A stretch of DNA of 64,000 nt, taken from NCBI GenBank assembly GCA_951406725.2, contig OX597827.1, forward strand, positions 18,724,001 to 18,788,000, read 5' to 3'. Shown piece by piece: positions 51,521 through 64,000 of the stretch. The notes beneath the pieces were generated by a model. The model was not told where the DNA came from and ran no database searches. It saw only the letters and a list, made by a program, of their open reading frames with translations. Source of the stretch: Octopus vulgaris. Lineage: Eukaryota. Numbering within the stretch: position 1 is the first letter of the stretch; each line of letters begins with the position of its first letter. The position numbers were made by a program, and so were the translations under genes.

Positions 51521-52000
51521 AATAATAATAAAGGGTAAAATTAATTAATTAATTAATTAATTAATTAATTAATAATTAATAATTTTACCAAGTAGTTCGG
51601 TATGTTAAAAGAACCATTATCGGTAAACTCATAAAAAATTCTATAATTATGAGTATAATTATAATTAGTGCTCAGCAAAATTTGTTTCACCACACACCGA
51701 AATTTAGAAATAGCAGTTGAACTACTATTTCACTACCATAAGATATCTCCCAGATATCTCTTTACCTGCTGTGAGTTGTTGAGTATTGCTGTCTGGGTGA
51801 TATCTTATGGTAGTAAAATAGTAGTTTAACTGCTATTTCTAAATTTCGGTATGTGGTGAAGCAAATTTTGCTGAACCCTAATTATAATTATGCTCATAAT
51901 TATAATTATTTTCGTATAAGTTTACCGATAATGGTTCTTTTAACATACCGAGCTGCTTGGTAAAATTATTAATTATAAATTAATTATTTAATTTTACCCT

Positions 52001-52010
<10 letters not shown>
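51521..52010. mobile_element. Foldback element (about 230-bp arms) bounded by (TAA)n/(TTA)n
   Basis: 51521-51753 is inverted to 51792-52010. Confidence 0.8.
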
Positions 52011-52033
<23 letters not shown>

Positions 52034-52039
52034 TTATTA

Positions 52040-52133
<94 letters not shown>

Positions 52134-52350
52134 ATGTATGTATATATATGAATACACACACACATATATATATATAGTTCAAATTAATAGAAAAGTGAAG
52201 ACGAACATAGGTGTATGAACAACAAGCAAGTGTATTAGTTTGACGCTCGGGAAAAATGGGACATTGTATATATATATACACATACATATATCCATATACA
52301 TACATATATAATATATATATATGTATATGTATATGTATATGTATATTTAT

Positions 52351-52788
52351 AGGCGCAGGAGTGGCTGTGTGGTAAATAAATTGCTTACCAACCACATGGT
52401 TCCGGGTTCAATCCCACTGCGTGGCATCTTCGGCAAGTGTCTTCTGCTATAGCCTCGGGCCGACCAATGCCTTGTGAGTGGATTTGGTAGACGGAAACTG
52501 AAAGAAGCCTGTCGTATATATGTATATATATATATGTATGTGTGTGTATGTTTGTGTGTCTGTGTTTGTCCCCCTAGCATAAACACACCAGCATCGGTTG
52601 TCAAGCAACCGATGCTGGTGTGTTTATGTCCCTGTCACTTAGCGGTTCGGCAAAAAAGAGACCGATAGAATAAGTACTGGGCTTACAAAGAATAAGCCCA
52701 GGGTCAAGTTGCTCGATTAAAGGCGGTGCTCCAGCATGGCCGCAGTCAAATGACTGAAACAAGTAAAAGAGTAAAAGAGTAAAAGAGT
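52351..52788 (+). mobile_element. SINE family A with internal inverted duplication
   Basis: Full-length copy. Confidence 0.92.
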
Positions 52789-52809
52789 ATATGTGTACGA
52801 ATACATGAG

Positions 52810-52893
<84 letters not shown>

Positions 52894-54277
52894 TGTACGT
52901 ATTTATGTATGTATTTATGTATGTATGTATGTATGATATGTATGTATATATAACATATTCGCGTGCTGTCCTCCACACACGGTTGATTTCTGTGGTGTGT
53001 TGTCATTCTATGAATCGTTGTTCAGCTTTGATCGAACAGACTTACCATGAACGATGTTCCGGCCGTGATCATCACGTCGTTTTCCCAAACAAAGTCTGGT
53101 GTACTTCCGGCTATATTTTTTGATATGCCGTCCCTGTATTTGAGGGTTGTTTGGCTGCTGTTTTTAACAGGATGAAGAGTCTGTGAGGGACATTTCCTCT
53201 GTGAGACGTTTGTATGGTAATTTTTTAGATATATAATTAACTTTCTTTTCCGCTATTTTACCTTATGATCCTGAAGCTCTGACTTTAATTTTGGAGTAAA
53301 AACAATATTTCCTTTTTGGGGATAATAGGCTAATCATAATTTCCTCCTGTATGCAATGCATGTGTATATATATTTGTGTTTGCGTGTGTTGTGTGAGTTG
53401 TGTGTGTTGTGTATGTTGTGTGCGTTGCGTACGTTAACTTATTTGCCTGTGCGTAACTGTGTGTTAAACATCAAGTTTAAAATGATTAGACGTCTTAATC
53501 TTTTTATGGCATACGTTTTTTTTTACTGCTTCTAAAGCGCACTTCTTTCCCTGAAAATTGTACCAGAAAATCATTCTACGCCTTATGAATGCAGAGTCAG
53601 GGTTTGGGTTACTAGCGAGTGATGGTCCAAAAAGATACCCGCCGACCAAAAGGCCTTGTAAGTTCGTTCACTTCATAGCGGTCAAGCACGTTAGACATTG
53701 GAAAAGAGTGTAACTGTCATGATCTAGGTAAGGTCTTACAGTCTGATTGGGTGCAAAGAGAGGAAGAAACCACTACAACCCATGGGTTACTGTCGTAGAA
53801 AACAACACAACATATCGATGTTTTTCCTTAAGCCGGAGGCGTATTCTGAGTGGACGCGGCCACATATGACCAAGAACCAGGTGATTGTGTTAAACCGGGC
53901 GATGGATCAAGTCTACCAGTCAGACATAAGAATAAAATGAAATAAAATAGAGTAAGAATCTATGATCTGTTCTCTCTTCTTCTCAGTTGCTGAACTACAA
54001 GCGTTCCCTGAAGAAAAAGAAGAAAGTAAAAAAGAAAGAAAAACACATTCCATGAATGTCTTCTAAACTAAATATTTGTTTACATATATAACAATGGTTT
54101 TCAACCGAGCCATATGGCTCCTTGTGGTTCCATATCAGATTTGGTGCTGGGTCCACACAAGAAAAGCAGTAAATTAGATCCACATTAGTATTTTAGAGGT
54201 CCATGGAAAATTTTACTTTAGATATAAGTATTGCAAGAAACAGCTAGGTTTCTTTCTCTGCCGTTTTAGATAGTACA

Positions 54278-54504
54278 TATTTCTTTACTACCCACAAGGG
54301 GCTAAACACAGAGGGGACAAACAAGGACAGACAAACGGATTAAGTCGATTACATCGATCCCCAGTGCATAACTGGTACTTAATTTATCGATCCCGAAAGG
54401 ATGAAAGGCAAAGTCAACCTCGGCGGAATTTGAACTCAGAACTTAACGGCAGACGAAATACGGCTACACATTTCGCCCGGCGTGCTAACGATTCTGCCAG
54501 CTCA
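54278..54504 (-). mobile_element. SINE family B nested in an hAT-like MITE remnant
   Basis: TSD CCGTTTTAGATAGTACA. Confidence 0.9.
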
Positions 54505-55058
54505 CCGTTTTAGATAGTACAACCTACACAAATGAATGCGTGATAGACAGAATAGAAATTTTGAAAGAAGTATCGATAAAATTAGATTTTAAACATCGAA
54601 TGGCTATAGGGTTCCACTAGAATAAAATAGTAAACTGATCAATAAGTAATGTCTCACTTGCCTCAATTTATGTTATGCTGGTAATTTCGAATAAGGATGA
54701 AATGGACCTATACCTGATTACCTGCGACTATAACTTTGAAGGGATTCGTAATGAATAACCAAAAACAAAAACAAAAAAAAACATGTATACTAAGTGTAGA
54801 GGTACATAGCTTAGTGATTAGTATGTTTGACTCATGATTGTAAGATTGTGGTTTCAATTCCTGGACCGGGCGATGCGTTGTGTTCTTGAGCAAAACGCTC
54901 CATTTCTCGTTTCTGTAGTCTACACAGCTGGTAAAAATGAATAATTTTGCGATAGACCGACGTCTCGTCCAGGGAAGAATATGTACGCCAGAGAAACCGG
55001 GATGCTTCTTGCAGAGTAATGTGGACTAATCATATTAAGTAAGTATATTAGGTATGCC

Positions 55059-55475
55059 AAGGCGGCGAGCTGGCAGAAACGTTAGCACGCCGGGCGAAAT
55101 GCGTAGCCGTATTTTGTCTGCCGTTACGTTCTGAGTTCAAATTCTGCCGAGGTCGACTTTGCCTTTCATCCTTCGAGGTCGATAAATTTAGTACCAGTTA
55201 CGCATTGGTGTCGATGTAATCGACTTAATCCGTTTGTCTGTCCTTGTTTGTCCTCTTTGTGTTTAGCCCCTTATGGGTAGTAAAGAAATAGGTATTTCGT
55301 CTGCCGCTACGTTCTGAGTTCAAATTCCACCGAGGTCGACTTTGCCTTTCATCCTTCGGGGTCGATAAATTAAGTACCAGTTACGCACTGGGGTCGATGT
55401 AATCGACTTAATTCGTTTGTATGTCTTTGTTTGTCCCCTCTATGTTTAGCCCCTTGTGGGTAATAAAAAAAAAAC
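55059..55475 (+). mobile_element. SINE family B dimer
   Basis: Single TSD TATATTAGGTATGCC encloses both units. Confidence 0.92.
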
Positions 55476-56007
55476 ATATATTAGGTATGCCTCTTCTTCC
55501 TTATTCCTCGATTCCACATTCAAACTTCTAATCTAAACTTCTAACATTAACTAATAATAAGACAGGGACCTGACAAAATTATTAGCATGCCGGACAAAAT
55601 GCTTAGCAGTGTTTCGTCTGTTTTCATGTTCTGAGTTCAAATTCCACCGAGACTGATTTTTGATTTTCATCCTTTCGATGTCGATCAAAATAAAAAAACA
55701 AAAAAACAAATGTACCTTCGAGCGCTGAGGTTGATGTAGCTAGCATAGTCGCTCCGTTCAATATGCTGGCCTTGTGCCTAAATCTGAAAACATTAAGAAA
55801 TTATTATCTTCTGTACACGCATAGTTTGTGTTAATGTTTATCTATACAACCTCACTCGAAAAGCTTGTGTATGTCCAAAGGTTATGGCAGAAGATGAAAG
55901 CAGTAGTTACGCATTCATGTAATGAAATGCAATTAAAAGTGGTTATCCATGAGTTAGCAGAAATGAGCTTCCTCTAAGGGAGACAACTGTAATATGCAGT
56001 ATGCTAA

Positions 56008-56043
<36 letters not shown>

Positions 56044-56092
56044 TACATTATTTACAATTGACGGATATTTGTCCTCATCTTGTTTGTTGTTA

Positions 56093-56136
56093 ACACAACA
56101 TTTCGGCTGATATTCCCTCCAGCCGTCATCAGGTGT
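56093..56136 (-). ncRNA. Type-I hammerhead motif in a short element (56041-56180) embedded in (TTA)n
   Basis: Reverse ACAC CTGATGA C GGCTG gagggaatat CAGCC GAAATGTT GTGT. Confidence 0.7.
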
Positions 56137-56178
56137 CTTGGGGAAATTTCGAACCTGGGTTCTCATTCCTATTTTCGA

Positions 56179-56226
<48 letters not shown>

Positions 56227-58770
56227 ACCTAGGGCAGAGAAGCGCATTGTATGCATTCCCAGATTACACGCGAAAATTCGCAGGTAAAATATGTATTTAA
56301 AAAATTAATGAATAAATAGATTCATGAATGTATGTTGTTTACACAGCGATAATGCTCTTCTCAGTACATGAGCCATTCCAGTTAACACGATTTTTTGCAC
56401 TTCCTGTTGGGATGGTAAGCCTGGTATCATTTTCAAATAGGTTTCAGTACCTTTTTTTTCATCATTCCAAGAGATCCTACAATCTTTGGTACTGTAGTCG
56501 CCTTGAGATGTCACATTTTTTCAATTTCCATTAGCAAGTCTTTATATTTACTAATCTTGTCAAATTCTTTCATCGCTATATTGTGATCGCAAGGAATGTC
56601 AATTAATAAACACAACCTTTTTGTCTGATCTTTTATAATATCTGGTTTATTAGCTTTTATAGTTTTGTCGGTATATACGGAGAAGTCCCACAGAATCGAC
56701 ACATTTTCTCCCTCAGTCACAGCTTCAGGATGGTGTTTATATCATTTGTCAGCGGTTTTGGTTTTATAATGCCGACATATTGTCCAGTGTAAATACTGGC
56801 CGACTCTGTCATGTCTTGCTTTATATTCTAAAGATGCTAAGACTCTACACCCTGAGATGAGGTGGTCTATTGTTTCAATCTCATTGTTACAGAATCGGCA
56901 TTTTGGGTCAGCTCCATTTTTTATCACATTGGCTTGGTAGTTCCGGGTTAATAAGCATTGGTCTTGAGCAGCTAATATGAAACCCTCACTCTCCGCTTTT
57001 AGCCCTGAGCTTCGTAACCATTGATGCTTGTGTTTCTGGTCGACATCAGCTTGTTTGCTACGGGCCACATACTTGCCATGCAGAGGTTTCTGTTCCCATC
57101 TGCTAGCTAATTTTTCATGCGCTTTTGTCTTTGCAATCAATTTTATTTTCTTTGCAGCAGCAGTTGGCGCATTTCCTTCAGGCTTATCAATCTGGTAGGT
57201 ATCTAAGAGATCAGTAGCGAATGTTTTGCTCTCTTTCAGAATAGAGTGAAGTTTTTTTCGATCTTTCATGTTTTTCAACAAGTTTTAGCATCCAGTCGTT
57301 GGTTGCTTCAAGGTATTAGGCCAGTCCGATAGTGGTGGTTTTGTACGTAAGTTCAAGCTGGATTAAACCTCGTCCTCCCTGAGCTCTGGGAAGGTAAAGA
57401 CGATCCACGTCTGCCTTTGGATGATGCATCTTATTACAAGTCAGTAGTTTGCGGATTTTTCTGCCAATTTTCATTAGTTCACTGGTATTCCAGTTAAGCA
57501 CATTGAAGCTATAAAGAACAACTGAGACTGCGAAGAAATTTATGGCTAACACCTTATTATATGCATTCAGCTCAGACTTCAGGATTGCTCGAACTCTTCT
57601 ATAACATTCCTTCCTAACCTTCTCTTTCAGGCTTGCATGCTGGAATATCAGAGCCTTCATTTATTCCTAGGTATTTATAGGTTTGTTCCTGCTCAAGTTC
57701 CTTTATTACTGTTTCGACATCTAATTCGATTGAACTTGACTTTACCAATTTCCCTTTCTTAAAAGTGGCTTTGGCACACTTTTCAAGGCTAAATTCCATC
57801 CCCATATCATCACTGAATCCTTTCACAGTATGTAAGAATCCTTCAAGCTCTTCATCATCTTTGCCATATAGTTTTAAGTCATCCATATAAAATAGATGGC
57901 TTATTTTCCTGTTGTCAATTTTGTAGCCATACCCTGTTCTATTCAGTTCACTTGAGAGTGGCATTAGTGCTATGCAGACAATTAGCGGTGAAAGTGAGTC
58001 ACCTTGGAAAATGCCACAGTTTATGCCAATATTGTTTGAGCGCAAAACTCCATTAGAATGATATAATTGGAGATTCGTGTTTCATAGTGACATATTATAC
58101 TTTAAAAAATCTGAAATCACAGGAGAAATTTTGAAAATGTCCAGCGATTTCAAAATCCACGAATGTGGTATGCTGTCAAAGGCTTTTCTGTAATCAATCC
58201 ATCAAGAGCTGAGATTTCTGCGCTTGTTATGGCAGTTCTCAAGGATCATGCGATTAATTAGGAGCTGATATTTGCAATCGTATGAGCCTCGTCTGCATCC
58301 TTTTTGTTCAGTGGGAAAGAGGTTATTCTCTTCCATAAACGTATATGCTTTCTCCACTAGAATAGATGTCAAAATCTTATAGGTAGTAGGCAAACATGTT
58401 ATAGGCCGGTAGTTTTCTGGGTCTTTCGTTTCGTTATTTTTGGAGAGGAGGTAAGCAATACCATTTGTCATGCAATGGGGAGTTCTTTCAGGGTCTTTCA
58501 TAATACTGTTACGAACCACCCACCTTTCCGAAAGCCATTACTCTTTTGTGAATCTGACAGAACAAAGGACAATAACTTTAGATTCCAGACTTTCACACTA
58601 CAAACGAGCAAAGTAGGTCGTAGCAGTTGTTTCCTAGTTGACCTACTCATATCAATACTATTAACATTTTGTGTGCGGACGAGAGTGATGAGAGACAGAA
58701 ATTTGGTACTCTGTCAATACCAGGGGATTTCCACTTATGAGCCTTCATTAGTGCCATCCTTAGGTCGGTG
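56227..58770 (-). mobile_element. R4/Dong-like RLE non-LTR retrotransposon, 5'-truncated and decayed, in (TAA)n
   Basis: WKSPGID, NYRPITCL, GIFQGDSLSPL, FYMDDLK (RT); CRFC..ETIDHLISGC zinc knuckle, RHD, KPDI..KY (RLE); (TTA)n at both ends. Confidence 0.92.
58507..58654. mobile_element. 148-bp solo-LTR-like insertion in the LINE RT
   Basis: TGTTACGA...TCATATCA ends, 4-bp TSD ATAC, RT homology continues on both sides. Confidence 0.65.
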
Positions 58771-59263
58771 ATTATTATTATTATTATTATTATTATTTAA
58801 TTGTTGGAATCATTGAACTGCGGTCATGCTGGAGCACCACCTTGAAGGGGTTTGTCGTACATATCGACCCCAGTAATATCTTTTAAAGTTTGCTACTTAT
58901 TATGTTGGTTCACTTTAACCGAACCGCTATGTTATGGCTATCTAAACAGACCAACACTAGTTGTCAAGCGGTCATTGAGGACAAAAACAAAAAACATACA
59001 CCCCTTTACACACATATGTCTCTGTGTGTGTATGCTTGTGTGTGTGTGTGCGTGTGTATGTGTTTGTACGTATACAGCTATGTGTGTGTTTTGGTATTCG
59101 AACAGTACCAGTGCAGTTCAGTGGTTGAACCCGAATCCCAACCACATGGTCCTGAGTTCAGTTTTACTGCGTGGCAGCTTGGGCAAGTGTCATCCGTTAT
59201 AGCTTCGGAGCGACCAAAGCCTTGTGAGTGGATTTTGTAGACGGAATCTGAAAGGAATCTCTC

Positions 59264-59294
<31 letters not shown>

Positions 59295-59769
59295 AGTGTG
59301 TGTATGAATGTGCGTGTGCGTGCTCCTGTGCTTGTCCCCACCTCCACCACCTCCACCACCACCACCACCACCACCACCACCACATGACAACCGATGCTGG
59401 TTTGTTTCCGTCCACGTAACATAGCGCTTCAGCCTAAGAAAATGATATAATAAATACTAAAAAAAAAAACAAGACAAAACAAAGCAAAACAAAACAAAAC
59501 AAAAACAAGTACTGGAACTTATTACAGTCTTCAAAGCAGTGCCTCAGCATGGCCGCAGCTGATAGACTGGAACAAGTAAAAGATATAAGATATATAAATA
59601 AAGAAGTGTTTAGAAATTAGCCTAACGGAAAGCGAATTACATTGCAAAGGTAATGACGTTAAACGAAAGAACTGTTGATTTTTGTAGCTGTGTCTTGTGA
59701 TGTGTTTCTTAAACGAAATTAAGGATTCTGCAGGTGTTAAACATTTTTTTTATCAAATGATGTGCGTGT

Positions 59770-60584
<815 letters not shown>

Positions 60585-61170
60585 TACTGGGTGCAGTGAA
60601 TTAACTGTCGTGAATAAATGACGCAAAAATGAAAATAACACTGGCATCTCATTGTAACAGATATATTTACCAAGTTTACATAAAAATATCTTGAAACACT
60701 AAAGAGGAACAAATGTATTTAATAAAATTCACTACTGGCTCCAGACGACTTCGGAATCTCATACAAGTCTTCTGGATAGTCTGCTTGTTAAAGTTGGTGA
60801 ATGCTGCCATAAACCTTGCCTTCATTTCATCTTTGATGTTGTAAGCCGTTTTTAGTTGGTCTCTCACTCAGTTGCGCCCCACACAAAATAATCAACGGAG
60901 CAGAAGTTATCTGACAGCCATGACTGGGTTCTCCTGCTTTTGTAGCATGGTGCAGAGTCCTGTTGCCAGACATAGGGTCTTCCAACAGCCAGCCTCTTGA
61001 CCCAAGGCAACACTACCTCCTCCAAGCACTTGATGTAGGCCTCCGTGTGGGAAGATAAATGGAGGCATAACGTCGCCATCACTAGTGATCACTCCAAACA
61101 TCATGATGTTGACTGGATGTTTGATATTTATCACTCTCGGTACATGTCCTCGGATTGCACTGTCCTCAGA
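60585..61170 (-). mobile_element. Decayed Tc1/mariner-superfamily transposon 3' part
   Basis: KHPVNIMMFGVI, WQQDSAPC, DYFVWG, CMRFRSRLE motifs; TA-flanked TIR-like end. Confidence 0.8.
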
Positions 61171-61319
61171 TTGACCCTGTGTAGTCGACAAAATCCAAAA
61201 TAAACAATGCGCGAAATTTAAAATATATAAAAGCAGGAATTCGCCTCTCGCCTCCTGTACGTATATATACACGCACATATACACACGTAAACACACATAT
61301 ATCATATATACATACATAC

Positions 61320-61406
<87 letters not shown>

Positions 61407-61409
<3 letters not shown>

Positions 61410-61805
61410 AGATGTACCTGCATAGCAAGTGATTTGATCTGAGATCGTGTGCTGAAACGAAAACAATTGCAGCGTGGAAGGTGTTTATAAGCCATTTATG
61501 AAAAACACAAAAGCCGTCCGATTCACTTCAACATTTAAGTTTAATTTGTCAAAATATTTTCGTCGCTTTAAGACCGCGACCTGTTCACTGACAAAAATCC
61601 GAGATGCACACGGATTTTTGTCAGTGAACAGGTCGCGGTCTTAAAGCGACGAAAATATTTTGACAAATCAAACTTAAATGTTGTAGCAAATCGAACAGCT
61701 TTTGTGTGTTTCTTAAATAGCTTACAAACACCTTCCACGCTGCAATTGTTTTCGTTTCAGCACACGATCTCAGATCAAATCACTTGCTATGCAGGTACAT
61801 TTCCC
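61407..61805. mobile_element. Inverted pair of hammerhead-variant elements within (TA)n
   Basis: Arms 61407-61601 and 61611-61805. Confidence 0.85.
61617..61667 (+). ncRNA. Hammerhead motif with C3G/G8C covariation (mirror 61545-61595 on -)
   Basis: TTTGTCA GTGAACA G GTCGC ggtcttaaa GCGAC GAA AATATT T TGACAAA. Confidence 0.7.
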
Positions 61806-62049
61806 TATATATATATATATATATATGTAATAAAATATAAAATGGGACAAGAACGCAAAACATCCGGACAACATACATACATGTGTGTGTGCGTGAGTAT
61901 ATATATACGGTGAGAGAGAAACGGGCAGACTGATAGATGGAAACATTTAGACAGATAAATATTTATGTAGGTAGATAGATAAATCGATTGATAGATTAAT
62001 GGATAAAGATGAAGAAAGAAATAAAGATTGCTCAGTAGATATATATACA

Positions 62050-62076
62050 ATGTCTGTGTGTGCGTATGTGTGTATG

Positions 62077-62108
<32 letters not shown>

Positions 62109-62122
62109 TGTATGTATGTATG

Positions 62123-62181
<59 letters not shown>

Positions 62182-62221
62182 TATATACATGTATATATAT
62201 ATACATGTATATATATATTAT

Positions 62222-62307
<86 letters not shown>

Positions 62308-62341
62308 AATATATGTATATATATATATATGTGTATATAAG

Positions 62342-62429
<88 letters not shown>

Positions 62430-62525
62430 AGTGTATATACATATATATGTATACGTATATATATTAAATATAGCTAGATCGATCGATCGATAGATAGATA
62501 GATAAATAGATAGATAGATATATAA
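62050..62525. repeat. (TATG)n/(TA)n/(GATA)n microsatellites
   Basis: Direct reading. Confidence 0.95.
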
Positions 62526-63197
62526 TATGGTATTATATTATATCATAAATACATACATGTAAATATATATTATGCGTGTGTGTGTCTAAATACACACACG
62601 CACGTCCAGGCACCAACACAGGGAAGGAGGTGAGGGTGGGAAGTGAGACATAGGTGTGTATGTGTGTGTGTGTGTGTGTAAGAAGAGCGAGAGACAATAA
62701 GGTCGACTTAGCGTCGGTTTAACTGAGTAAGTCGTCATACTAGACAATACCACCATTCACTGCAATAGAAACCGCTTGAAAGGATCACGTGACCTGATTA
62801 TGCTCACATAACGTCTCCCATTATTGTTATTCATCATTGTTGTTGTTGCTGCTGCTGCTGTTGTTGTCATTAGCATTATGTTATGTTCTGTTAACAAACC
62901 TTATGGCGAAATAAAGAACCTCGCCGCCATTGTTCCTTCTGTTGTTATTTAGACGTAAGTCTGCCCCCGATCGAAGTGACCTACGATCAAAAGGTAGACG
63001 CTTCCAGCTGTGTTCGTCACGTTCTCTATTTTCAGTCCTAGTCTATCTGGGACTACACAATCCAATTGTGTCCTGCCCTTGCTTAAGAGAGTATATTGAG
63101 ATTCAATGGAGGAAAAACAGCTACTCTTTCCAGCGGAGAGAGCGACCACTTAGAGGATTCTCTTCTGGCATGTCCTTGCTGTTGTTGCTTCTGCTGC

Positions 63198-63572
63198 TCT
63201 TCTTCTTCTTCTTCTTCTTCTTCTTCTTCTTCTTCTTCTTCTTCTTCTTCTTCTTCTTCTTCTTCTTCTTCTTCTTCTTCTTCTTCTTCTTCTTCTTCTT
63301 CTTCTTCTTCTTCTTCTTCTTCTTCTTCTTCTTCTTCCAATCAGAACTCACGCCATTGGCCAAAAAGAACAATCTCTAATTCGAGCCTACTCTAAGTTAC
63401 TCTTGTTCTTGTTCTTGTTCTTCTTCTTGTTCTTCTTCTTGTTCTTCTTCTTCTTCTTCTTCTTCTTCTTCTTCTTCTTCTTCTTCTTCTTTTCTTGTTC
63501 TTGTTCTTTTCTTCTTTTCTTCTTCTTCTTCTTCTTCTTCTTCTTCTTCTTCTTCTTCTTCTTCTTCTTCTA
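63198..63572. repeat. (TTC)n tracts
   Basis: Direct reading; explains poly-E/K/R/F/S ORFs. Confidence 0.96.
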
Positions 63573-63799
63573 CTTCCAATGAGTGTGGCTACTTGAAGAA
63601 GATCCACCCACCACACGCGATACACTGGCGGTTGCACGGGCGCGAAAGCTACGTTGTTATCCTCATTCCGTAAACGGTGGCTTGTAACGGGTGGAGAGCT
63701 GAACCATCCTGGGGTACAGACGATTCGCAATCTAGACTAGGGTGTGTAATTTTACCACACCATAGTGGGCTAACCATGGTTCCTCTGCTTTATGGCAGA

Positions 63800-63982
63800 A
63801 GTAGGAGGAAAGAATGAGAGAAAGTTGTGGTGAAAGAGTATAGTGGGGTTCACCACACCGGAGCCTCGTGGAGCTTAGGTGTTTTTGTTCAATAAACACT
63901 CACAATACCCAGTCTGGGAATCGAAACTGCGTTCTTACGACCGCGACTCCGCTGCCCTAAACACTGGGCCATTGCGCCTCCG
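63800..63982 (-). mobile_element. SINE family D
   Basis: Reverse GGAGGCGCAATGGCCCAGTGTTTAGGGCAGCGGA..GTTTCGATTCCC. Confidence 0.82.
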
Positions 63983-64000
63983 CCGCTGTTGTTGCTGTTG

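Noticed and set aside
53210-53998. Possible solo LTR (AATAAA then ...ACTACA end)
   Set aside because: No convincing matching TG start or TSD
62930-63730. Poly-E/K/R/F/S ORFs
   Set aside because: (TTC)n microsatellite

Overview
Eukaryotic, very repeat-rich genomic DNA, most likely from an octopus or other coleoid cephalopod. The basis is recognition of the tRNA-derived SINE families, including a Ceph-domain-like segment, and the microsatellite load; this was not verified by a database search. I find no intact host protein-coding gene, and nearly all supplied ORFs are microsatellite or SINE translations. The window holds four abundant SINE families, decayed LINEs (R4/Dong-like RLE, RTE, CR1-like), Penelope-like GIY-YIG remnants, mariner/Tc1 remnants, Merlin-, hAT- and pogo-like MITEs, a small Helitron, a tiny solo-LTR-like insert and a 58-bp tandem array. 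The most notable signal is about 14 minimal type-I hammerhead-ribozyme motifs at about 11 loci. They sit on several unrelated short elements, mostly inserted in or beside microsatellites and often as inverted pairs, and include core variants (C3G/G8C swap, U4C, A6U, extra base after A9). A unique CpG-rich promoter-like island at about 15.5-16.9 kb and a unique block at 14.0-14.45 kb may belong to an unannotated transcription unit of unresolved orientation.
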